Source of the DNA: an uncultured bacterium
Lineage (GTDB): Bacteria > JAJVIF01 > JAPKYR01
Length of the DNA: 21,824 nucleotides
Assembly (NCBI GenBank): GCA_965369865.1
Contig: CBDURU010000057.1
Span: 1-21,824 of the forward strand
Direction of reading: 5' to 3'
The translations under genes were made by a program, and so were the position numbers. Positions 1 through 9,112 of this stretch are shown one piece after another. Under the pieces are notes generated by a model. That model was not told the origin of the DNA, made no database searches, and was given only the letters and a program-made list of their open reading frames with translations. Positions within the stretch are counted from its first letter, which is position 1, and each line of letters begins with the position of its first letter.

Positions 1-296
1 TGAAGACCGGTGATGAGAACGCAGTTATCGCCTGACTTCTCAAAAAATCTCAGGACATTGAGATGTATGCCCCCCATGCGAAATGGAACCAATTCGACGC
101 TGTCATGGTCGGAACTGAAGTAAAGATTTCCAGCCGCCCAGAGCTTATGCGGGTTGTGAAAAGAAATTTCACGCCCTGTTGTGGTCTCTAAATCCCCACT
201 TGTTGATGGATCATCGGAAACCCCGGGCATAGCGGGATTCCCGGCACAGCCGAATACCAGGACAGCCATTAAACAGATCGGAAGATAAGTCTTCAA
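1..296 (-). CDS. Putative lipoprotein, 5' part only (runs off window start); N-terminal region resembles the 19961 lipoprotein
   Basis: Hand translation from TTG at 296: MKTYLPICLMAVLVFG-C-AGNPAMPGVSDDP...NPHKLWAAGNLYFSSDHDSVELVPFRMGGIHLNVLRFFEKSGDNCVLITGL, with no stop to position 1. SD AAGGAGG (311-305) lies 8 nt upstream. Lipobox-like VFGC. Confidence 0.85.
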   Translation of the reverse strand, partial: MKTYLPICLMAVLVFGCAGNPAMPGVSDDPSTSGDLETTTGREISFHNPHKLWAAGNLYFSSDHDSVELVPFRMGGIHLNVLRFFEKSGDNCVLITGL

Positions 297-374
297 AAGA
301 ACCGCCTCCTTTATTGTGGAAAATCCTATGTCCCCCTATCCGTGCACAATTATAAATTATTGTCAGAGTTTTTA

Positions 375-391
375 GTGGAAACCCTTTCCAC
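375..391. promoter_or_regulatory. Perfect palindrome GTGGAAA-ccc-TTTCCAC, possible operator or small hairpin upstream of the lipoprotein gene
   Basis: 7-bp perfect arms in an AT-rich intergenic region; one more GTGGAAA half-site near 316-322. Confidence 0.3.
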
Positions 392-500
392 CCGGCACAT
401 CTTTATACAATTAATATTTACCAAATAAATTTCAACCAGTCAAGTACCAATTTATAATTACATAAATAACCACTGCTGTTTATCGTAACTACTTAGAGGC

Positions 501-529
501 AAAAAAAATCCCCCCGGTTAGTGGGGGGA
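501..529 (-). terminator. Rho-independent terminator of the 554..1432 gene
   Basis: Stem TCCCCCC (509-515) / GGGGGGA (523-529) with a 7-nt loop, followed on the minus strand by T8 (508-501); 24 nt after the stop codon. Confidence 0.8.
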
Positions 530-553
530 GAATTTTCATGTTTTATTTTTTAA

Positions 554-1432
554 TCAGATAATTGAGCGGCCTTCGAGGTCATCGGGGTCGAGTCCGGTTA
601 CCGAAAAATCAACGTATTCACCAGAGTAACCTCCACCGATACCGAATCCACCACCACCGCCGCCGATTCCTCCACCGCCGCCGGAACCGCCGCCGCCACC
701 GCCATAGCCGCCGCCTCCGGAACCACCGGAACCGCCTCCGCCTCCGTAAAACCAGATTCCGTATCCGGAAGTACTCGGCAGGAGATCCATTGTCTGGAGG
801 AAATCAATAGCGGAGTCGGCATCGAGATAGTGCGTCTGGTACAAAGTGATCGAACCATGGCCGAGTTCCATCTCAAGGCGTTCCCGTGTGCCGATATAGA
901 GAACGGGGTCGGCATCCGGAACATTCCTGATGACTTTGTAATCAAGATTGTATGCAAGCATGAGCTGGCTGAAGACGACATCAAACGGCATTTCGGATAC
1001 ATTCATCGTTACCGTTCCGCCACCGCCTGAGTCCATCGGGTTAAAACCACCGCCGCCGCCGAAACCACCGCCGCTACCGCCGGCATCCGGTCCGCCCGGG
1101 GGTCTGAATCCTTCTCGAATATGCCCTGACGGGGTTGTGTTCCAGTAGGCGTCAAGGATGAAATTAACACCTGCCTGCTGAGTGAGGATCATCAGGACAT
1201 CCACGAAATTCGCCCCGTCTACATTAAGGCTGACAATCGCGTCGGAAACGTGTCCTGGATTCAGGCTCTCATCGGCTTCCGGAAAGTAATATTCTCCGGA
1301 GTCAGCATCCTGCTGGCGGGTTATCGGGACATCCGGGTATTCATCATCGGCCAGCACGGCTCCGGATGGCGCCATGACCATGCCCATAATGAGGAATAAG
1401 GATAAGAGTGGGATATAATTGCTGTATCTCAC
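554..1432 (-). CDS. Exported Gly-rich protein with secretin-type N-terminal domains (STN/N0 plus partial Secretin_N), no secretin barrel
   Basis: Signal peptide ending AVLA-D; VSLNVDGANFVDVLMILTQQAGVNFILD and VTMNVSEMPFDVVFSQLMLAYNLDY resemble PilQ/GspD N0; ITLYQTHYLDADSA resembles the start of a Secretin_N domain; two poly-Gly tracts; GTG start with AAGGAG SD. Confidence 0.6.
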   Translation of the reverse strand: MRYSNYIPLLSLFLIMGMVMAPSGAVLADDEYPDVPITRQQDADSGEYYFPEADESLNPGHVSDAIVSLNVDGANFVDVLMILTQQAGVNFILDAYWNTTPSGHIREGFRPPGGPDAGGSGGGFGGGGGFNPMDSGGGGTVTMNVSEMPFDVVFSQLMLAYNLDYKVIRNVPDADPVLYIGTRERLEMELGHGSITLYQTHYLDADSAIDFLQTMDLLPSTSGYGIWFYGGGGGSGGSGGGGYGGGGGGSGGGGGIGGGGGGFGIGGGYSGEYVDFSVTGLDPDDLEGRSII

Positions 1433-1664
1433 GATTGGCTCCTTTAATACAATTTAACATGCACCCTCTGCACGCCCTTGTTGATTCGATACTTTTTACA
1501 GCCCCAGGGTTCAAATATCCTGATCTATATTATTGATCCTCAAAAATTATAACATATTTGAAATCGGATATATTCTTCAAAATAAAGAATAATTGTCACT
1601 AAGGTAATTTAAAATCCCGCAAGCAGCCGAGGTGAATTTCATTTTTTTATAATGGTAATGATAT

Positions 1665-3638
1665 TTACGCAGGTTCGATTGCGGGAGGTGATTTCTTTGG
1701 CGGAAGGGTCTCCGGTTCGATCTTGCTGGATTCCCGTTCGTCCTCAAGTTGTTCCATACCCTTCTTTGCCAGATCCAGAAGAGGCGTATTTTCATCGATC
1801 AGGTGAGGCTGTCCTTCAAGAATTGCCAGAAGCTCCACACCGTCCATGTCCTGGATCTCAAGGAGCCTTGTCGCTACCTCGATCAGTTTCTTCTTATTCT
1901 TAGTAATGATTGTGGTGACTTCCTTGTGGCTTTCTTTCACAATTCGCTGGACTTCCGAGTCAATCATCTGGGCGGTTTTTTCCGAATAATTCCTGTCCTC
2001 ATGGATATCGCGTCCAAGGAATACCTGGCCGTGCTTCCTGCCATATGTTACCGGCCCGAGGGCTTTTGACATGCCGAATTCTGTAACCATCCTTCGCGCA
2101 AGCTCGGTTACCTTGTTCAGATCGTCACCCGCCCCGGTCGAGACCTCCTCGAACATAACTTCTTCCGCGACCCGGCCGCCAAGGGCTGTTTTAACCTTGT
2201 CGACAATCTCTTTCTCAGTAGTCAGGTAACGGTCTTCAATCGGCAACTGGAGGGTGTATCCAAGGGCCATTCCCCGTGGGAGTATACTTATTTTGTGAAC
2301 CGGGTCCTGGTCGCCTAAATAAAACGGAACCAATGCATGGCCAGCCTCATGGTATGCAAGACGTTTCTGTTCTTTTTCACTGATTACACGGCTTCGACGC
2401 TGCGGTCCGGCGATTACACGCTCGATCGACTCCTCGAAATGCTCCATCTCGACCTGTTTCTCGTCCTTGCGGGCCGCGAGGATTGCAGCCTCATTGCAGA
2501 GATTTCGCAGGTCTGAGCCGGTGAATCCCGGAGACCTTCTCGCGATAATCCCGAGATCGACATCGTCGGCGAGTGGAATTTCCCGGGTATGAATAACCAG
2601 TATTTCCTCACGGCCTTTGATATCCGGATTGTCAACTACAATTCGGCGGTCGAAACGTCCGGGGCGCAGTAACGCCGGATCGAGGATGTCGGGACGGTTA
2701 GTCGCCGCGACCATTATTACGCCGGCATTCTGATCGAAACCGTCCATTTCCACGAGCAGGGCGTTGAGGGTCTGCTCGCGCTCATCATGACCGCCGCCAA
2801 GTCCAGCGCCACGCTGCCGTCCGACAGCATCGATCTCATCAACGAAAACAATCGAAGGCGCATTTTTCTTAGCCTGGTCGAACAGGTCCCTGACACGGCT
2901 CGCGCCCACGCCGACAAACATCTCGACAAAGTCCGAACCGCTCATGTGGAAGAATGGCACACCTGCTTCGCCGGCAATCGCACGGGCGAGTAGCGTTTTC
3001 CCGCATCCTGGAGGACCGACAAGCAGTACGCCCTTCGGGATCTTCGCGCCAAGCGCGATGAATTTCTTTCTTTCCTGCAGGAACTCGACTATCTCGCCAA
3101 GTTCCTCGACAGCTTCATCGATGCCCGCGACATCCTTGAATTTGACCTGCGGACGATTATCGGTGAGCATTTTCGCTTTCGATTTGCCAAAGCTGAACGC
3201 TTGTCCGCCGGCCGATTGCGCCTGGCGGTACAGGAAGAAATACAGGAGTCCGAATAATGCCAGCGGTACCAGCAAAAAAAGCAGGGGGGAGAGAGCGGTA
3301 AGGAAAAACGGAGGGCTCTTGACCTCCATTTTGATAGACTGGGCTGCGAGAAGCGTAACAATCTGTTCCGTATAATCTCTTGGGTATCGTGTTCTGAATT
3401 CTTCAGGAAGGTTCACCTGACCGGTTGATGCTTTACCGTTGATAATTCCTTCATCCTCACGGATTTCCACTTCCGTTATCTGGGAATAACCGGTTCCGGC
3501 CATTCCGTCGATTGCCTTAAGGAATTTGCTGAACTCGATTTCTTCAACCTTGGTGGATGAAGTCCAGAACGTGTAAAGAAACGCCAGCGCCAGCAGGATG
3601 GCTATTACTGATAATGAATTCCAACGTGATGATTTCAT
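1665..3638 (-). CDS. ftsH: ATP-dependent zinc metalloprotease FtsH
   Basis: Two N-terminal TM helices, Walker A GPPGCGKT, pore loop FVGVG, Walker [30 protein letters not shown], zinc motif HEAGH. Confidence 0.98.
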   Translation of the reverse strand: MKSSRWNSLSVIAILLALAFLYTFWTSSTKVEEIEFSKFLKAIDGMAGTGYSQITEVEIREDEGIINGKASTGQVNLPEEFRTRYPRDYTEQIVTLLAAQSIKMEVKSPPFFLTALSPLLFLLVPLALFGLLYFFLYRQAQSAGGQAFSFGKSKAKMLTDNRPQVKFKDVAGIDEAVEELGEIVEFLQERKKFIALGAKIPKGVLLVGPPGCGKTLLARAIAGEAGVPFFHMSGSDFVEMFVGVGASRVRDLFDQAKKNAPSIVFVDEIDAVGRQRGAGLGGGHDEREQTLNALLVEMDGFDQNAGVIMVAATNRPDILDPALLRPGRFDRRIVVDNPDIKGREEILVIHTREIPLADDVDLGIIARRSPGFTGSDLRNLCNEAAILAARKDEKQVEMEHFEESIERVIAGPQRRSRVISEKEQKRLAYHEAGHALVPFYLGDQDPVHKISILPRGMALGYTLQLPIEDRYLTTEKEIVDKVKTALGGRVAEEVMFEEVSTGAGDDLNKVTELARRMVTEFGMSKALGPVTYGRKHGQVFLGRDIHEDRNYSEKTAQMIDSEVQRIVKESHKEVTTIITKNKKKLIEVATRLLEIQDMDGVELLAILEGQPHLIDENTPLLDLAKKGMEQLEDERESSKIEPETLPPKKSPPAIEPA

Positions 3639-3783
3639 GCGTAGTAAACCTTGATTTCAACTCTATACTATTAGATGCCGTTATTCATTAATATCGACCG
3701 CATCAGCTCGGCCGGGCATTAAATTTTCCGGTATAAACAAATAAGTTTAACATACGTTAACTGGTCGTGCCAGCTATTTTTCC

Positions 3784-5253
3784 TCAACATCTATTAAGAT
3801 AAATTAAGATTCTTTGTGCTGAATCCGGTTCAATTTTATATTCTTCCGATACCAGACCCAGACCCGGAAGGGCTGAGATTATTTTTTTACCCGATTCAAA
3901 CACCATCTCAACCAACGGTTCCGACGGTCGATCTTTCCACGGGACCTTCCTGTCGACAAAAATGTCATGAATTTTTTTCGTATGTCCACCCATTCCAAGG
4001 GGTGACATTCGGTCTCCGGGTTTCATGCTTCTTATAATAAGCTCAACTGCTTTCGCGGGAACTGAGATCTGTACTCCCCCATGTGACTGTTGAGAGGCGT
4101 CCAGGGTTCGTAAATTCTCAATTTTAACTGAATTTACCCTGTCCTCAATTTCAATCCCGATTGAATGCTTCCCGAAGTCAAATGATCCGGGGAGATCTGA
4201 AATCCGGATCGTAACCCCGGTGGGAATTTCAATTTCGCGAGGTTTTCCAATGGTTACACAATCAATGCCGGGCTCAGCCCGAAGCCCTCCCGGGATATCG
4301 ATGGAAGTTTTCATTTCTCCTTTCAGCATCCCGATAATTTTTTCAACGTGCTCCCGTTCCAGCCGGATACCCGGATGTTTTTCAAGGATCGATCTCAGGA
4401 TCAGCCGTCCGAGAATCGGAGGAGCCGCCTCGGAAAGGCCCGTAATCGGAAGTTGAATATCGCCGGATTCCGGGAAATTTATTACCGGAAAATGTTCAGA
4501 GACCAGCTCTTGGACCATTGCCTCATCGTCTGCCAGGAGAGATGCGGATCGGGATAAAGCCTCGATGGGATTTCCCCAGCCTACATGTTCCAGGGATTTT
4601 AAAAGCCCAGGAAGAATTACATTCCTGATCTTCCCCCTGTCGGTAGATTCCTCAAAGTTGGTTGAATCCGTCCGGTACTCCAGCTTCCTCCAGTCAAGGT
4701 ATGCGAGGATTTCATGCCTGAATATTTTCAGCAGGGGACGAATGAGGGTCATGCTGCCCTGTACTCGTACCGGCTGAAGCGACCCCAGGCCCGGTCCGCC
4801 GGCGCCCCTCAGAAGCCGCATGAGGAGGTTTTCTATCCGGTCGTTAGCGTTATGGCCTGTTGCAATCAGGGCTGTATTATTCTTACCCGCAATTCCGGTG
4901 AGAAACTCGTACCTTAATTTCCTGGCGGCCATTTCCAGGCTGGTACCTGTACTCGCGGCCAGCCCGGGCACATCCCCATGCCCGATTTCCAGCCGGACAC
5001 CCAAATCCAATGAAAAACTTCTGACAAATTCCTCGTCCCGATCGGAATCTTCATCCCTGATGCCATGGTTGAAATGCGCGAGCACCACTTCGAGATCAAG
5101 TTCAGTTCCAAGCCGCTGGAGAACGTCGGCAAGCGTTACCGAATCCGGTCCGCCTGAAACAGCGACAATAATGGTCCTGTTTGCCGACAGAACCGATGAC
5201 CAGTCGATTGACTTACTGACGGCCGGTAGAATATCCTCTTGAACCTTTGCCAT
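3784..5253 (-). CDS. tilS: tRNA(Ile)-lysidine synthetase
   Basis: PP-loop VAVSGGPDS, HFNHGIR, AARKLRY, TGHNAND, IRPLL, DSTN; TilS_C-like RSMKPGDRM..KKIHDIFVDRKVP; directly upstream of ftsH. Confidence 0.96.
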   Translation of the reverse strand: MAKVQEDILPAVSKSIDWSSVLSANRTIIVAVSGGPDSVTLADVLQRLGTELDLEVVLAHFNHGIRDEDSDRDEEFVRSFSLDLGVRLEIGHGDVPGLAASTGTSLEMAARKLRYEFLTGIAGKNNTALIATGHNANDRIENLLMRLLRGAGGPGLGSLQPVRVQGSMTLIRPLLKIFRHEILAYLDWRKLEYRTDSTNFEESTDRGKIRNVILPGLLKSLEHVGWGNPIEALSRSASLLADDEAMVQELVSEHFPVINFPESGDIQLPITGLSEAAPPILGRLILRSILEKHPGIRLEREHVEKIIGMLKGEMKTSIDIPGGLRAEPGIDCVTIGKPREIEIPTGVTIRISDLPGSFDFGKHSIGIEIEDRVNSVKIENLRTLDASQQSHGGVQISVPAKAVELIIRSMKPGDRMSPLGMGGHTKKIHDIFVDRKVPWKDRPSEPLVEMVFESGKKIISALPGLGLVSEEYKIEPDSAQRILIYLNRC

Positions 5254-5317
5254 GATCGTTTAGGTCGTAACCGTGAATCCCGAAAATTAATCCAGTCTGA
5301 GATTCGGTTTTCGACTA

Positions 5318-5326
5318 TGGTATGAT
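5318..5326 (+). promoter_or_regulatory. Possible extended -10 promoter (TGgTATGAT)
   Basis: TG-n-TATGAT in the divergent intergenic region between tilS and the 5417 gene; no clear -35. Confidence 0.35.
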
Positions 5327-5416
5327 ACCGCACTTGTGGGGTTGTTGGAAAAGGGGATTAAGGCATGAAGCGGTTTTGGGCGCATTAAAATTTTGGCGGG
5401 TGAATCTGGAAGTTAC

Positions 5417-6106
5417 ATGTTTAATAAATCGATAAAAACAGGAATTCCAAAATTTACATCGGTTATTTACCTTGCGATCGGGGTGTTAGTTGCCCTCGTA
5501 ACGACGGGGTGCCCGGCTGATCGGCCAATTGAAAAAACCGAGCCAATATTCCGGGACGCGTATTTGTTGTACATTCTCGATCCCGGACCGTTTGTTGCGA
5601 TTGACCCTGAATATCCTGTCTCGAAAGAATTTCTCATTCTGCTGGCGGGGGATGTTGAAATAAGTTGTGGGGTATTACGTGGAGCACAATTCGGTACGGA
5701 CGAACTCGAAGACCATGTGCCGGGGTTTGCCAATGAAACGATGGTAAATGAAAACTTCCTGCCGGGATGCTCGAGGTACGTGCTGAATACATCCGAGGTT
5801 ACTATCGGTGACCGGTGGTATTTTTACGTAACCCTTCTGGTCCGCAGGGATCCTGCCGCGACAAGGCTTCTTGACCGGATAACCCTTATTACACACGAAC
5901 GGGAGATCAACCGCTTCCCGCCGAATGAGGATCGAATCGTCAGGCTTTACTATGCTGTGAGGGAAACCAGTATTTATATTTTCACGCTGTCCGGTACGCC
6001 CGAGGATATCGTTTACAGGGAGAGAGATATTCGCAGGCTGCTGGCAAGCGTGCGACTAAGTGCAATCGAAGCGGTTGAGGAAATCCAGGATACTGGATTG
6101 GAGTAA
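5417..6106 (+). CDS. Hypothetical lipoprotein
   Basis: Long ORF (track start TTG 5393; ATG 5417 preferred). Basic N-terminus, hydrophobic helix, VTTG-C lipobox-like site; no family recognised. Confidence 0.7.
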   Translation: MFNKSIKTGIPKFTSVIYLAIGVLVALVTTGCPADRPIEKTEPIFRDAYLLYILDPGPFVAIDPEYPVSKEFLILLAGDVEISCGVLRGAQFGTDELEDHVPGFANETMVNENFLPGCSRYVLNTSEVTIGDRWYFYVTLLVRRDPAATRLLDRITLITHEREINRFPPNEDRIVRLYYAVRETSIYIFTLSGTPEDIVYRERDIRRLLASVRLSAIEAVEEIQDTGLE

Positions 6107-6169
6107 TCCTTTTAGTAAAATTCCAAAAAAAAAGAGATCCACTTGTGATAAATCTGTGAAATTTTTCAA

Positions 6170-6193
6170 CCTGGATAATGTTAAATATCCAGG
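6170..6193. terminator. Inverted repeat between convergent genes, possible terminator
   Basis: CCTGGATA (6170-6177) / TATCCAGG (6186-6193) with an 8-nt loop; no strong adjacent U-tract. Confidence 0.3.
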
Positions 6194-6227
6194 ATTCCGG
6201 CATTTTAATTATTTTTAATAACCGGTA

Positions 6228-6590
6228 TTAATTATCAATACCCATGAAGGTTAACTGGAGGTCTACCTGCTCGAATCGCCCCATACGGACCTGTACTATG
6301 GTAGCCTCCCCGAGGGGATTTCCCCTCGCGTTAAGGTAAACCACCTCGTAGGTGCCGGCATCGAGTCCCTTGATGATGTAATGTCCTGTCTGGGTGCAGC
6401 GTTCCTGGGCAATCATATGGCCGTCCCTGTGAACCTGGACCGTGCCGAATGCCTGCGGTCGGCCATCGACAAAGACCGTACCTGAGATTGATCCCTTGAT
6501 ACTACCCACCCCACCGCATGAGGTGCCGATCAGGCTGAAAATTAAGCCAAGTAAAAGCAGGACAGCAAACGCATATTTTCCGGATTTCAT
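6228..6590 (-). CDS. Lipoprotein with carboxypeptidase regulatory-like (prealbumin-like beta-sandwich) domain
   Basis: Lipobox-like IGTS-C; GSISGTVFVDGRP...GHYIIKGLDAGTYEV pattern; AAGGAG SD. Confidence 0.8.
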   Translation of the reverse strand: MKSGKYAFAVLLLLGLIFSLIGTSCGGVGSIKGSISGTVFVDGRPQAFGTVQVHRDGHMIAQERCTQTGHYIIKGLDAGTYEVVYLNARGNPLGEATIVQVRMGRFEQVDLQLTFMGIDN

Positions 6591-6695
6591 TATTTGAATC
6601 TCCTTAACTCTTTAATTCGCGGTTATTATAACATATGATCGGAAACAGTATATTCAAGCTCAGACGCGAGGGCAAGGCTGGGGAACACATTCTGA

Positions 6696-7559
6696 ATGGC
6701 TGATACTGCACTGGACACTGTCGAACCGGACAGGGAAGGCACCAACACTGTCGATAAACCATCCCGGTTCAAGGTGCCATGGTGGCAGGCTTTAATACTT
6801 GGACTTGCCGCAGGTGCCGGGGGATCACTGATTGGTGTCGGCGGCGGGATTGTCATGGTGCCCTTCCTGACCATATGGGGACTGGAGCAAAAAAGAGCAC
6901 AGGGAACCAGCCTGGCCGTTATTACCGCCCTGGTCCCTGTCGCCATAATCACCTACTACTTCCTCGGTAACATCAATTTTTCATTCGCCCTTCCTCTCGC
7001 GACAGGTGGAGTTATAGGCGGATTTTTAGGTGCCACTTTGTGCCAGCGATATTCGAATCGGATTCTCGCGAAACTATTCGGGTTCTTTCTCCTGGTTATC
7101 GCATTAAGGATGATATTTATGCCCCCCCTGGATGAAATCCAGGCTCTCAACCTTGCGGATAATCTGCAATATTTGAGATCAGGGCTGTTTGGGCTTCTGG
7201 CAGGGCTTGTTGCCGGCTTTTTCGGTGTTGGGGGTGGAGTGGTGTTTGTCCCTACAGGCGTCATTCTCGCCGGATTGCCCCAGGTTGTTGCCCAGGGATC
7301 GAGCTTTACGGCCATGCTGCCGACTTCACTCGCGGGAAGTATCGCTTATAGAAACAAACACTCAATCGACTGGAATCTTGTAAAATGGATGGTTCCCGGT
7401 GCGTGGATGGGATCGTTCCTGGGTTCTTACGGGGCGGACCTGGTACCGGGAAGAACTTTACAATTAATTTTTGTCGTTTTTCTGTTTTATACTGGAATAA
7501 GACGGGTAATAGCGACGAATCGAGGATCAAATGAACCTGAATCCTGCAAGGTGAAATAG
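6696..7559 (+). CDS. Sulfite exporter TauE/SafE (TSUP) family permease
   Basis: Duplicated halves GLAAG..GSLIGVGGGIVMVP..AQGTSL and GLVAGFFGVGGGVVFVP..AQGSS; about 8 TM segments. Confidence 0.93.
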   Translation: MADTALDTVEPDREGTNTVDKPSRFKVPWWQALILGLAAGAGGSLIGVGGGIVMVPFLTIWGLEQKRAQGTSLAVITALVPVAIITYYFLGNINFSFALPLATGGVIGGFLGATLCQRYSNRILAKLFGFFLLVIALRMIFMPPLDEIQALNLADNLQYLRSGLFGLLAGLVAGFFGVGGGVVFVPTGVILAGLPQVVAQGSSFTAMLPTSLAGSIAYRNKHSIDWNLVKWMVPGAWMGSFLGSYGADLVPGRTLQLIFVVFLFYTGIRRVIATNRGSNEPESCKVK

Positions 7560-7651
7560 TGGCAATTATGGGAAACGCGACTTCAATCTTTGGAATGTTG
7601 TAGAAGGTCCAGAATGTCTCGGTTAAATTTCACCGGATTTTTTTAATTTTG

Positions 7652-7693
7652 TGCTGATCAACAATTGATCGGCAGCCGAAAACGGGATATACT
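7652..7693 (+). promoter_or_regulatory. Sigma70-type promoter TTGATC-N17-TATACT with its -35 inside an inverted repeat
   Basis: -35 at 7665-7670, -10 at 7688-7693; inverted repeat TGCTGATCAA (7652-7661) / TTGATCGGCA (7665-7674) with 1 mismatch; T-rich tract upstream. Confidence 0.5.
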
Positions 7694-8011
7694 GTTTTCT
7701 GGAGTGGGGGGTAAATTGAGGTGGCTCTTTTTATTAAAGCGCTATAGTTAAACTGGTACTTGAAAAGGTTTATCCTGACACATTAGTAAGGCTGGGGACA
7801 GATGAGGGTTTGGATGTTAAGAATTTGCAGGCTTTAGAATTTCTCGATTGGTGTAATTGGTCTCACAATGGGTTTGTTACAAGGGAGTCGATACGATCCG
7901 TGATTGTATCCCATGATTTGGTCGATCCTCCAGACAGAACTCCAGGACGGATCGGGGAAATCCGATCGTACTGAATGACATAAATAGTAAGCTTGACCGG
8001 GAGGAAATTTA

Positions 8012-8368
8012 ATGGTGAGAAGGTGGATGGATAAAGCGCTTTCTTTTGAAAAACTTGGCCGGCACAAAGTGGCTAACCATTGTCTGGATCGTGCTATCGA
8101 AGTAGACTCTCATGATGATGAAGTCTGGTGCTTCAAAGGTGTGATCCTTGAGAAAATGGGAAGGCATGAAGAAGCTATCGCGTGTTACGAAGAAGCGACT
8201 AATATCAATCCCTTCCATGCGCTTGCATGGTATAACAGGGGTGCCGCCCTGGGGAACTTCGGCCGTTACCGGCAGGCGCTATCATGTTTTGAAGAAGCCG
8301 ATCGGCAGGGCCATCCCAAAGCGGCGGCTGCTGCAAGGGCTTGTCAAAGGGAACTGGCGCGTAGTTAA
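8012..8368 (+). CDS. Small tetratricopeptide repeat protein
   Basis: About 3 TPR motifs (VWCFKGVILEKMGRHEEAIACYEEA; AWYNRGAALGNFGRYRQALSCFEEA); GGAGGA SD at 8000-8005. Confidence 0.92.
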   Translation: MVRRWMDKALSFEKLGRHKVANHCLDRAIEVDSHDDEVWCFKGVILEKMGRHEEAIACYEEATNINPFHALAWYNRGAALGNFGRYRQALSCFEEADRQGHPKAAAAARACQRELARS

Positions 8369-8540
8369 CTGTTACCCCGATAAATCGGAATGTCCTCTAT
8401 CTCTATTGTTGCCCTTCCCCCTGTAAATATAGATAAATTGTAGTGCAATGCTTTTTTTTAAAAATTTAAGCGTTTGCAGATTGGTTACGGTTAACATTAC
8501 AGTCGTTTTACCGAAATTCTCAGCGAACCGGGAGAAAGAT

Positions 8541-9047
8541 ATGTCGAAAAAAATACCACTGCCTGTTGTTGGAATTCTGGTTTTAATTTCACTGACAATC
8601 CCGCCTGTATTCGCCCAGGGAAATCCTGATAGCGCCACTGAGGCCCTGACTTACTCCGAACGACGCGACCTCCGGGCGATCGAAGACCTTTTCAACCTGT
8701 ACGAGGCCAGTTTCAATGCCCGGGACATCGACTGGCGAATGGCCATGTGCCTGGATTCCTACCAGGAATTTGCCTTCGAGGACGGGATTTTCCAGCATGT
8801 ATATGACTACAACGAAACCAGAAGGGAAGTCGGCAATTACTGGGCGAGTATCGGAAGCCTTGAGTATTCTATTGCCGAGATCGAAATCACCCTTGACGGC
8901 CCGCAGGCATTCGTACGGGCATACACAACTCACATTGCTCCGAACGACCGTCACGCATCGACCGTTCATTTCGCTCTTGTCAAAATTGACGGGGTATGGA
9001 GGATCGCCTGGGATTCCTACAACATAGTCAGGCGATACTCGTTTTAA
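8541..9047 (+). CDS. Exported NTF2-like (SnoaL/DUF4440-type) protein
   Basis: ATG 8541 follows GGAG and gives a clean signal peptide (VFA-Q); AIEDLFNLYEASFNARDID, EITLDGPQAFV and LVKIDGVWRI fit the NTF2 fold. Confidence 0.8.
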   Translation: MSKKIPLPVVGILVLISLTIPPVFAQGNPDSATEALTYSERRDLRAIEDLFNLYEASFNARDIDWRMAMCLDSYQEFAFEDGIFQHVYDYNETRREVGNYWASIGSLEYSIAEIEITLDGPQAFVRAYTTHIAPNDRHASTVHFALVKIDGVWRIAWDSYNIVRRYSF

Positions 9048-9112
9048 TCGTGTAACATATTTTCCGGGCGGGGAAAATAGTCACACATGATTTAATAAGG
9101 TACAATGTCTGC

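Noticed and set aside
630..750. CCG/CCA-rich repetitive tract (also ~1010-1100)
   Set aside because: Encodes poly-Gly on the minus strand; no repeat-spacer periodicity, so not CRISPR. The Arg/His-rich and Pro-rich plus-strand ORFs are its shadows.
1577..1795. 72-aa ORF overlapping the ftsH 3' end, possible frameshift extension
   Set aside because: FtsH ends in a normal charged tail; no slippery site or family signal is evident.
7834..8067. 77-aa minus-strand ORF in the large intergenic region
   Set aside because: Overlaps the TPR gene antisense, has no SD and no recognisable protein features.
8448..8540. 31-aa N-terminal extension of the NTF2-like ORF
   Set aside because: ATG 8541 has an SD and gives a normal signal peptide; the extension lies in AT-rich promoter-like DNA.
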